Positions 25,944-32,000 of a DNA stretch of 32,000 bases are shown here, piece by piece. The DNA is taken from the NCBI RefSeq assembly GCF_000223395.1, contig NC_015931.1:1560001-1592000 (forward strand). Direction: 5' to 3'. Source of the DNA: Pyrolobus fumarii 1A (GTDB lineage: Archaea > Thermoproteota > Thermoprotei_A > Sulfolobales > Pyrodictiaceae). The notes under the pieces were generated by a model. The model had not been told where the DNA came from, did not search any database, and saw only the letters and a list, made by a program, of their open reading frames with translations. Made by a program: the position numbers and the translations under genes. Position 1 is the first letter of the stretch. Each line of letters begins with the position of its first letter.

Positions 25944-26975
25944 TTGGCTACGCGCTTTGACTATCTTGTAGTGGGTGCTGGGCCTGGAGGGGCCTGGTTT
26001 GCGCGTGAAGCCGTGGATCGGGGGCTGCGTGTTGCCGTAGTCGAGGCGGTTAAGCCCGGATTCAAGGTGTGTGGCGGCGCTATCCCGGCACTCTTCGAGA
26101 AGCAGGTTGGCAAGGTCCCAAGCGAGTCTATAATCAGTGAAGTTAGAGGCTTCCGAGTCTACCTTGATGGCGAGATGCTCTGGGAGGAGCACGGTAGCCT
26201 TTGGGGCTACTTGCTTGACAAGCGCATCTTCCTAGAGAATGTGCTAGAAGGCGTGGATGTGTACACGGGGCGCGTGTTTAACTTCGAGTCTCGTAGTGTA
26301 AAGGGTCTTGATATACACTGGGAGCGTCTAGTCGTAGCGGCGGGGCCTCTAGCACCCAACTACAAGGGTGACAGGATATACGCGGTGCAAGGCATCTATC
26401 GTGGAGATTTTGATGAGGGTGTCATCGAGATACACTTTGATTCGAGGCTTGTGGGTTACTACTGGGTATTCCCGACGTCAAGACGGGAGGCCAGGATAGG
26501 CGTCGGCGGGTATGGCGAGCCACGCGAGTTTCTAGAGATGCTCGCCAAGTTTGTCAAGAAGCTTGGCGTCGAGGAGATCGAGCATCCTAAGGGCTCCTAC
26601 ATAAACATAGGTGGCGTCGAGAGAGTCGAGGAGAACGGTGTAGTCTATGTCGGTGAAGCTGCAGGTTTCGTATACCCTGTAACAGGTGAGGGTATACGAC
26701 CCTCCGCTATGAGTGCTAAGCTAATACTCCGTATGCTTGAGGGTGATGAGAGTGCGAGAAGGGAGCTAGAGACGCTCAAGAAGAGTATCAACGCGCAGAG
26801 GAAGATACTGGACTTCGTGAAGGCGGCTAGCCCCGAGGCTAGAGCCCGGTTCATGAAGAAGATGGGCGGCGGGCTTGCGATGAGAGTCGCGCTAGGCGAG
26901 CTAGGCGCCATGGAGAGGCTTCTATCACTACTTCCGTCGAGGGTGGCGTCTTTCCTGGCAAGGCTGCTGGGCTAA
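25944..26975 (+). CDS. Geranylgeranyl reductase family FAD-dependent oxidoreductase
   Basis: 343 aa with a TTG start abutting the upstream stop codon. It has the Rossmann motif YLVVGAGPGGAWFA, KVCGGAIP (characteristic of the GGR family) and GEAAGFVYPVTGEGI. Confidence 0.8.
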   Translation: MATRFDYLVVGAGPGGAWFAREAVDRGLRVAVVEAVKPGFKVCGGAIPALFEKQVGKVPSESIISEVRGFRVYLDGEMLWEEHGSLWGYLLDKRIFLENVLEGVDVYTGRVFNFESRSVKGLDIHWERLVVAAGPLAPNYKGDRIYAVQGIYRGDFDEGVIEIHFDSRLVGYYWVFPTSRREARIGVGGYGEPREFLEMLAKFVKKLGVEEIEHPKGSYINIGGVERVEENGVVYVGEAAGFVYPVTGEGIRPSAMSAKLILRMLEGDESARRELETLKKSINAQRKILDFVKAASPEARARFMKKMGGGLAMRVALGELGAMERLLSLLPSRVASFLARLLG

Positions 26976-26979
26976 AGGC

Positions 26980-26999
26980 GGGGCTCGTGCGAGAGCCCC
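26980..26999. terminator. Hairpin GGGGCTC-GTGCGA-GAGCCCC between convergent genes
   Basis: A 7-bp GC-rich stem lies 5 nt after the GGR-family stop and 30 nt before the RimK-type gene's stop. Its role in archaeal termination is uncertain. Confidence 0.25.
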
Positions 27000-27029
27000 C
27001 GCTCATCGCCCACCGGCTCGCCCGGTTTC

Positions 27030-27929
27030 CTACTCTTCACCGCCCCTCTTTGCAAGACCCTCCAGGAGCCTGGCTATGTGCTCAGCGGGGTCGACACCCG
27101 TCGCCCTGTAGAGCCCCCTCCAGTTGGGCATCGCGTTAACCTCGAAGACGACTAGTTTGTCATCTGTACCTCTCGCGATGTCGACACCCGCGTAATAGAG
27201 GCCAAGCGCCTTGACCGCCTTCACGGCTATACGCTCCTCTTCCTCGTCAAGAGTTGTTGGCTCTACCTTGCCGCCACGGGCTACATTCGTCTTCCACTCG
27301 CCTGGCGGTGCAACCCTCCTAGCAGCTGCAACTACACTGTCACCGACCACGAAGACCCTCTTGTCGGAGTTTCCGGATTTCGGTATGAAAGCTTGCATGT
27401 AAACAGGGCGCGAGAAGCTAAGGAACATGCTTGCCACGTGATAAGCTGTGTCTATGTCGTCGGCTTTGAACGCTCCTAGCCCGAGGCTGCCTGTCAAAGG
27501 TTTGAACACAACACTACCCCACTCGCGCACATAGTGTAGTGTTACGCCTAGGCTCTCAGTTAGCAGCGTGGGTGGTACCGGTATCCCTGCTTTTGCCAGG
27601 AAGAGTGTTGTGAGCATCTTAGTCCTCGCTATCAGCGTTGGGAGCCATGGGTTGATTACCGGTATCCCCATCTCCTCGAGAAAGGCCAAAACGGTTAAAC
27701 GTGAGAGGAACTGCTCAAGGCTAGTATTCATGCCCAGGCTACGTACTATCACAGCGTCAGGGTCGAGTCTGTGCGGGCCTATGCGAGCCTCAAAGCCCTT
27801 ATCGGCGACAAGAGCGACGTCTGAAGCGTTTATCAGTAATACGTGGTGGCCACGGGAGCGCAGTACTGCTATCAGCCTCCTAGTAGACCATGATAGTCTC
27901 GTTGACGAGACTATCACAGCGATCTTCAA
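27030..27929 (-). CDS. RimK-type ATP-grasp ligase (alpha-L-glutamate ligase family)
   Basis: 299 aa with a TTG start. It has the ATP-grasp layout, with VVFKPLTGSLGLG, WKTNVARGG and EVNAMPNWRGL resembling RimK/LysX/CofF-type ligases. Confidence 0.8.
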   Translation of the reverse strand: MKIAVIVSSTRLSWSTRRLIAVLRSRGHHVLLINASDVALVADKGFEARIGPHRLDPDAVIVRSLGMNTSLEQFLSRLTVLAFLEEMGIPVINPWLPTLIARTKMLTTLFLAKAGIPVPPTLLTESLGVTLHYVREWGSVVFKPLTGSLGLGAFKADDIDTAYHVASMFLSFSRPVYMQAFIPKSGNSDKRVFVVGDSVVAAARRVAPPGEWKTNVARGGKVEPTTLDEEEERIAVKAVKALGLYYAGVDIARGTDDKLVVFEVNAMPNWRGLYRATGVDPAEHIARLLEGLAKRGGEE

Positions 27930-27947
27930 TGGTAGCCCGCCAGGTGG

Positions 27948-27972
27948 CGATAAAGAGCCCCGTGGATATAAC
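27948..27972. promoter_or_regulatory. Divergent promoter region with two AT-rich elements (GATAAAG and GATATAAC)
   Basis: GATATAAC (27965-27972) is 40 nt upstream of the plus-strand GTG at 28005. Read on the minus strand, it is 42 nt upstream of the TTG at 27929. Confidence 0.35.
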
Positions 27973-28004
27973 CTGGAGTTGTCTCGAGCCGTGCACGGCG
28001 GCTA

Positions 28005-29009
28005 GTGTTGCTGCTCGATGCGGTGCTGGGCATCCTAGCTGGTGCCGTTGGCGGTATACTAGGGGCGTGGATCTCGAGGAAGCTTGGCGTAATGGGTGTT
28101 GACGCTCTGAAGCCCTGGAGGAGGGAGAGGGTACCTGACGCGGCTGGCTCCGGTTTGGCACTGATGCTCGCTATAGCTATGATAGTCTCGTGGGTGGTTA
28201 ACGGAGGCGATCCTAGCATCTATTCTGCTGCGGTTCTAGTGTTGCTCTATAACATGTTGGTAGGGTTGGCCGATGACGTTTGGAGGATGGATCCTGTCAC
28301 CAAGCCAATCTTGACAATGACGTCAGCATCCCTCGTGATGCTGGTTGGGGGTCTCAATCCGCAAGTCTACATACCATTCTTCGGCTGGGCTAGGTTAAGC
28401 ATAGTATACCCCGCAGTCCTCCCGTTGCTCATAGGCGTTTCGGCCAACGCATTCAATATGATAGATAGTGTCAACGGGTCTATGCCGACAGCAGGTATCG
28501 TGGTAGGGCTTGTCCTCATAGTATCGGGCAACCTGATGGCATCAATGCTTGGTTACCAGCCCCCGGTTGAAGCTATGAGACTGCTCGTCATAACAGTGGC
28601 TGGGCTTCTCGCTTACCTCCTCCTGTATAACCGGTACCCGGCTCGCGTGTTCAACGGGGACTCGGGGAGCCTCTCGATAGGTGCGCTAATAGGCTATCTA
28701 GCCTCAGCTTCGAAACAGGAGGCCGTATACCTAGTAGCCATAACGCCGTTGATACTCAATGGCTTCCAGATAATCACGACCATGAGGGGTTTTGCTGAGA
28801 GACGCGAGATACCCAGGCCTACAATGATAGATGATGAGGGTGTTGTGCGCGCCACTTGTGACCCGAGGAGCCCGCCGACCCTAATACAGCTGCTTACTCT
28901 CCGCGAGGGGCTCCGCGAGTTAGAGATATACGTGGCTCTCGTGATGCTATATCTTGTTGCGGGATTGGCTGCTATCGCAGCCGCCTACCTCTTCTACAGT
29001 CTTGCGTAG
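28005..29009 (+). CDS. Glycosyltransferase family 4 polyprenyl-phosphate hexose/HexNAc-1-phosphate transferase (MraY/WecA/AglH-like)
   Basis: 334-aa polytopic membrane protein. Its motifs are GLADDV, NAFNMIDSVNG (the NxxNxxDGxDG-type motif) and VFNGDSGSLSIG. Confidence 0.8.
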   Translation: MLLLDAVLGILAGAVGGILGAWISRKLGVMGVDALKPWRRERVPDAAGSGLALMLAIAMIVSWVVNGGDPSIYSAAVLVLLYNMLVGLADDVWRMDPVTKPILTMTSASLVMLVGGLNPQVYIPFFGWARLSIVYPAVLPLLIGVSANAFNMIDSVNGSMPTAGIVVGLVLIVSGNLMASMLGYQPPVEAMRLLVITVAGLLAYLLLYNRYPARVFNGDSGSLSIGALIGYLASASKQEAVYLVAITPLILNGFQIITTMRGFAERREIPRPTMIDDEGVVRATCDPRSPPTLIQLLTLREGLRELEIYVALVMLYLVAGLAAIAAAYLFYSLA

Positions 29010-29962
29010 AGGAGCATAGTAGCGTATAGCGGTGCTGTCACAGGGTCGGTCTGCAGCCTAAGCTCTGCTAGCGAAGCACCACTCGTCATGCTCTTGAAGC
29101 GTACTTCCCTTACAACATCCTCGTCGGTAGTCGTGTACATCAACGATACCTTGTCGAAGTTTGTGCCAGCTGCAATCAAGGCCAGCATCTCTTGAACACT
29201 AAGGGGTCTTGACCCGTTTATCCTAGAAGCTAGCATAGCCGGGCCTTTCAACGTGGGCGTGTAGACGGTTGCACATGAGCCCTTGCACTCCAAGACTCTC
29301 GAGGCGTCAGCCCCGTGCTTTTCGACAAGCTCGCGAACGACGCTACGCAAGTCTCTAGCCTCGCCAGTCACTCTCTCGACGCGAACGTTCCTCTCGGCTA
29401 GCTTCTCGACGAGCCCCGCAGCAAGCCGAGCGGCGAGTATGGAGGCTGAGAGGGGGTAGGGACCAGGAGGCTCTACTAGTAGCGGCTCGGGTCCAAGCCT
29501 CTCCTCTATAATGGGTGGAAGCTTGGGTGTGATTACTACCAGCGCGGCGCCGGTGTGCAACGCTGCGTCGCGAATGAATACTAGCTGGTTTTCGCCGCCC
29601 GGGCCTACAAACGCGTATATCGTTGTGTCGCTAGCTATGCCATATTCGTCCTTCTTCGACCTGCGATAAGCAAGGATGTGAAAAGCTAACGCGTCACCCT
29701 CGTATATCTCGACGGGCGCTGTTGGCGCAACTTCGCGTAGCATCCAGTAGGCTATCCATGCTGGGGTGTCGCCCATAGAGGCGAATGCAAGGATTATGCG
29801 TTCCCTAGCCTCCTTTAGCATCTCGTCTACAACGCGTGACGCGTAATCCTCGGCCTCCTTTACCCTAGCCTCCAGGGACTCGATACTAAGCTTCTCTAGG
29901 TGTTGAGCGGCTGGCTGCACGGCGTTAAAACCCGAGTCGGGGCTAGAGGAGGGCGGTCTCAA
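28994..29962 (-). CDS. Hypothetical protein, possibly a divergent two-lobed SIS-like (sugar isomerase) fold
   Basis: 322-aa ORF whose start is uncertain because its 5' end overlaps the MTAP 3' end. Its size and alternating beta/alpha pattern loosely recall crenarchaeal PGI/PMI, but the SIS serine/threonine motifs are not conserved ([16 protein letters not shown]). Confidence 0.35.
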   Translation of the reverse strand: MRPPSSSPDSGFNAVQPAAQHLEKLSIESLEARVKEAEDYASRVVDEMLKEARERIILAFASMGDTPAWIAYWMLREVAPTAPVEIYEGDALAFHILAYRRSKKDEYGIASDTTIYAFVGPGGENQLVFIRDAALHTGAALVVITPKLPPIIEERLGPEPLLVEPPGPYPLSASILAARLAAGLVEKLAERNVRVERVTGEARDLRSVVRELVEKHGADASRVLECKGSCATVYTPTLKGPAMLASRINGSRPLSVQEMLALIAAGTNFDKVSLMYTTTDEDVVREVRFKSMTSGASLAELRLQTDPVTAPLYATMLLYARL

Positions 29963-30782
29963 GTGCTTTACAGCAGCTGCAGAGGCTGGGCTCGGGCTCC
30001 TCTGGGAGCCTCGGGATGACCTCGTAGAGTATCCTCTTTGCCTTCTCCACGTTCTCAGCCATTATCCTGATAACCTCCTCTGCAGTGACCGGCCTCTCCG
30101 CCCACACGTCATAGTCGGTTATCATGGCTAGTGTTGCATAGCATAGTTGCGCCTCGCAGGCGAGGTTGACCTCGGGGACCAGAGTCATCCCGATGATATC
30201 TGCCTTGAACACGTCCTTCCATATCCTTGATTCCGCTCTTGTGGAGAATCTTGGACCCTCTATGCACACGTATGTGCCCTTAGGGTGTATACGGTAGCCT
30301 AGCCTCTCGCCAGCGGCGATAAGCTCGCGGCGTAGCTGCTCGCAGAACGGGTCAGCCATACTGACGTGCGCAACCACGGGGCCCTCGAAGAAGGTATAGT
30401 CGCGCTTCTTTGTCATGTCGATGAACTGGTCTGGGACTACTAAGTCACCGGGTTTGTAGTCCTCGCGGAGGCTCCCCACGGCAGATACAGAGATCACCCA
30501 CTTTACGCCAAGTGCCTTCAAAGCCCAGATGTTGGCCCGATAGTTTACCCTATGTGGCGGTATTCTGTGACCGCGGCCATGTCTCGGTAGGAAGGCGACA
30601 CGCCTACCCTTGACCTCGCCTACAATGATCGCGTCACTCGGCTCGCCGAAAGGCGTGTACACCTTAACCTCACGCGCATTCTCCACTATACCAGGATCGT
30701 AGAGGCCACTCCCACCAATAACACCGATTTCTGCTTGTACCGGGGGCTTAACACCAAGAACCCAACTCAAGAACCACACCAT
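29943..30782 (-). CDS. mtnP: S-methyl-5'-thioadenosine phosphorylase (MTAP, PNP/UDP family)
   Basis: [36 protein letters not shown] and [14 protein letters not shown]-like motifs are typical MTAP. The start is uncertain: ATG 30782, GTG 30779 or TTG 30770. The track start at 30830 lies upstream of a minus-strand TATA-like element. Confidence 0.88.
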   Translation of the reverse strand: MVWFLSWVLGVKPPVQAEIGVIGGSGLYDPGIVENAREVKVYTPFGEPSDAIIVGEVKGRRVAFLPRHGRGHRIPPHRVNYRANIWALKALGVKWVISVSAVGSLREDYKPGDLVVPDQFIDMTKKRDYTFFEGPVVAHVSMADPFCEQLRRELIAAGERLGYRIHPKGTYVCIEGPRFSTRAESRIWKDVFKADIIGMTLVPEVNLACEAQLCYATLAMITDYDVWAERPVTAEEVIRIMAENVEKAKRILYEVIPRLPEEPEPSLCSCCKALETALL

Positions 30783-30802
30783 GTAGGCAATGCGCGACCC
30801 AG

Positions 30803-30811
30803 GGTAAAAAC
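30803..30811 (-). promoter_or_regulatory. TATA-like element (GTTTTTACC on the minus strand) upstream of MTAP
   Basis: It lies 29 nt upstream of the ATG at 30782, which would give a leaderless mRNA, or 41 nt upstream of the TTG at 30770. Confidence 0.35.
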
Positions 30812-30859
30812 GGTCAGATTCTTGCCCCACAACCCAGGCATACCATCAGCGCTCCCGTT

Positions 30860-31090
30860 TCAGTACTCCTCGGGCCCTCGCCTATCGCCAGGATGCCACC
30901 AGAGCCACCACCGTGCAATAGCGCTGGCCCACCATCCTCTACGCCAGCACCATCCTCTGCCCATTACCCATCCAGGCCTCTGCCACGGCGGAAGGTGCCT
31001 CCATGGCCCGTTACCGGGGCACGGCTGGCCTCTTGCCCACCACGGGCCTCTGCCTCTCCATCCTCCCCACCAGCCTAGCCACCCGGGCAT
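30860..31090 (-). CDS. Hypothetical 76-aa Trp/Gly/Arg/Pro-rich protein
   Basis: Translation: MPGWLGWWGGWRGRGPWWARGQPCPGNGPWRHLPPWQRPGWVMGRGWCWRRGWWASAIARWWLWWHPGDRRGPEEY. A strong minus-strand TATA box (TTTATAAG, 31136 down to 31129) lies 46 nt upstream of this ATG. The GTG at 31123 used by the ORF track is only about 6 nt from that TATA box and cannot be the start. Arg is encoded mostly by AGA/AGG, as in neighbouring genes. Confidence 0.4.
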   Translation of the reverse strand: MPGWLGWWGGWRGRGPWWARGQPCPGNGPWRHLPPWQRPGWVMGRGWCWRRGWWASAIARWWLWWHPGDRRGPEEY

Positions 31091-31128
31091 ACCTCTCGAC
31101 CCATGAGTTATGAGCGTGTGCACACAAA

Positions 31129-31137
31129 CTTATAAAC
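31129..31137 (-). promoter_or_regulatory. TATA box (GTTTATAAG on the minus strand) upstream of the Trp-rich ORF
   Basis: It is a near-consensus archaeal TATA element, 46 nt upstream of the ATG at 31090. Confidence 0.45.
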
Positions 31138-31203
31138 ATTTGTGTCTATGCACAAAACAGAGGTTTACAAGCTTATCGGGCGCATTGCTTTGCGAGAGCT
31201 TCT

Positions 31204-31211
31204 CTTTATAG
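31204..31211 (+). promoter_or_regulatory. TATA box (CTTTATAG) upstream of glyS
   Basis: It lies 40 nt upstream of the ATG at 31245. Confidence 0.5.
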
Positions 31212-31244
31212 ACGGGGCTTGCACGGGCTGAGGCGGGTAGGCGC

Positions 31245-32000
31245 ATGTCACAGCAAGACCTCTACGAGAAGATAGTAGAGCTTGCTAAGAGGCGTGGCTT
31301 CTTCTGGCCAAGTTACGAGATATATGGCGGAGTTGCAGGCTTCTATGACATGGGTCCTCTTGGTGCTAGACTACGCAAGAAGATCGAGAACCTTTGGCGC
31401 GAATACTTCATACATCGACACCAGGATATAATCGTCGAGATAGAGACGCCGATAATAGCACCCGAGATAGTCTTCAAGGCGAGTGGGCACGTCGAGCACT
31501 TTACAGATCCTATAGTTGAGTGTCTAAAGTGTGGTAGGAAGTACCGTGCCGACCACCTTATTGAGGAGAAGCTTGGTGTCAAGACAGAGGGGCTCAGTCC
31601 ACAAGAACTAACCAAGATAATAAAAGAGCATGACCTTCGATGCCCCGTGTGTGGAGGACAACTGGGGGAGGTTAAGCTCTTCAACCTGCTATTCAAGACT
31701 ACCATAGGCCCCTACTCGGAGAACGTGGGGTATCTACGCCCCGAAGCCGCTCAGGGCATGTTCGTGGCCTTCAAGAGAGTCTATGAGGTGATGAGGCATA
31801 AGCTGCCTCTTGGCATAGCGCAGATTGGTCGTGTTGCGCGCAACGAGATATCGCCTAGGCAGGGTATGATGAGGCTGCGTGAATTCACGATAATGGAGTT
31901 TGAATTCTTCTTCGACCCGGAGAACCCGCATGAGCGCCTCGACGAGTACCTCCCGAGAGTAGCCGATACGAAGCTTCGCATATTGACGGCTGAGGCTCGC
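31245..32000 (+). CDS. glyS: Glycyl-tRNA synthetase (archaeal/eukaryotic type), 5' part; continues beyond the window
   Basis: It is absent from the ORF track because there is no stop codon inside the window. My translation gives [55 protein letters not shown]...[27 protein letters not shown], the characteristic GlyRS N-terminus. The frame stays open for 252 codons to the window end. Confidence 0.9.
   Translation, partial: MSQQDLYEKIVELAKRRGFFWPSYEIYGGVAGFYDMGPLGARLRKKIENLWREYFIHRHQDIIVEIETPIIAPEIVFKASGHVEHFTDPIVECLKCGRKYRADHLIEEKLGVKTEGLSPQELTKIIKEHDLRCPVCGGQLGEVKLFNLLFKTTIGPYSENVGYLRPEAAQGMFVAFKRVYEVMRHKLPLGIAQIGRVARNEISPRQGMMRLREFTIMEFEFFFDPENPHERLDEYLPRVADTKLRILTAEAR

Noticed and set aside
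30735-31106. Plus-strand Pro/His-rich ORFs (123 aa at 30735-31106 and 61 aa at 30893-31078) opposite the Trp-rich ORF.
   Set aside because: They are mirror frames of the CCA/TGG-rich repeat. The longer one starts inside the MTAP 5' region, and no plus-strand promoter is visible. The only good TATA box faces the minus strand. The frame assignment still needs comparative or expression data.
1-32000. A scan for tRNA genes (T-arm GGTTCRAATCC), rRNA, CRISPR repeats, transposases/IS ends, integrases, and further perfect C-box (RTGATGA) plus CTGA pairs.
   Set aside because: I saw no T-arm consensus outside coding context, no spaced direct-repeat arrays and no transposase- or integrase-like ORFs. 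Perfect C-box strings at about 4067, 5627, 8898, 17341, 26742, 28832 and 31787 all lie in coding sequence with no CTGA at sRNA distance. This was done by eye, so short or degenerate elements could have been missed.

Overview
This is an archaeal chromosomal window, crenarchaeal/TACK in style: it has archaea/eukaryote-specific r-proteins eS4, eL32, eL19, eL34 and eL14, TATA-box promoters, and frequent GTG/TTG starts. It appears moderately GC-rich by eye.

Gene content:
- 1-15 kb: the ribosomal-protein supercluster (uL23, uL22, uS3, uL29, RNase P Rpp29, uS17, uL14, uL24, eS4, uL5, uS14, uS8, uL6, eL32, eL19, uL18, uS5, uL30, uL15), then secY, adk, an Oxa1/DUF106-like membrane protein, eL34, cmk and eL14.
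- 15-18 kb: cbf5, an EamA transporter and a SAM methyltransferase.
- 18-23 kb: a branched-chain amino-acid block, with leuA-family and ilvD on the minus strand and ilvB plus a short ilvN on the plus strand.
- 23-32 kb: PCNA, a membrane protein with a polyprenyl synthase and a geranylgeranyl-reductase-family gene, a RimK-type ATP-grasp ligase, a GT4/MraY-family phosphotransferase, a divergent SIS-like ORF, MTAP, and the 5' part of glycyl-tRNA synthetase, which runs off the window.

TATA-like elements usually sit about 40-48 nt upstream of the best-supported start codons. I used this spacing to trim several ORF-track starts.

Most of the window is housekeeping, and I see no convincing multi-gene novel system. 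The observations most worth a second look are:
1. An unannotated 76-aa ORF with 17 Trp residues, with its own TATA box, between MTAP and glyS.
2. The absence of uL2 and uS19 from the uL23/uL22 junction.
3. A self-contained 2-hydroxyacid dehydrogenase gene inserted between uS8 and uL6.
4. A 47-aa C2H2-like zinc-finger ORF on the opposite strand between eL14 and cbf5.
5. A candidate C/D box sRNA immediately after the methyltransferase stop codon.
6. A perfect 11-bp-stem palindrome in the PCNA divergent intergenic region.
7. A dyskerin-like basic tail on Cbf5.

I saw no tRNA, rRNA, CRISPR array or transposase by eye.
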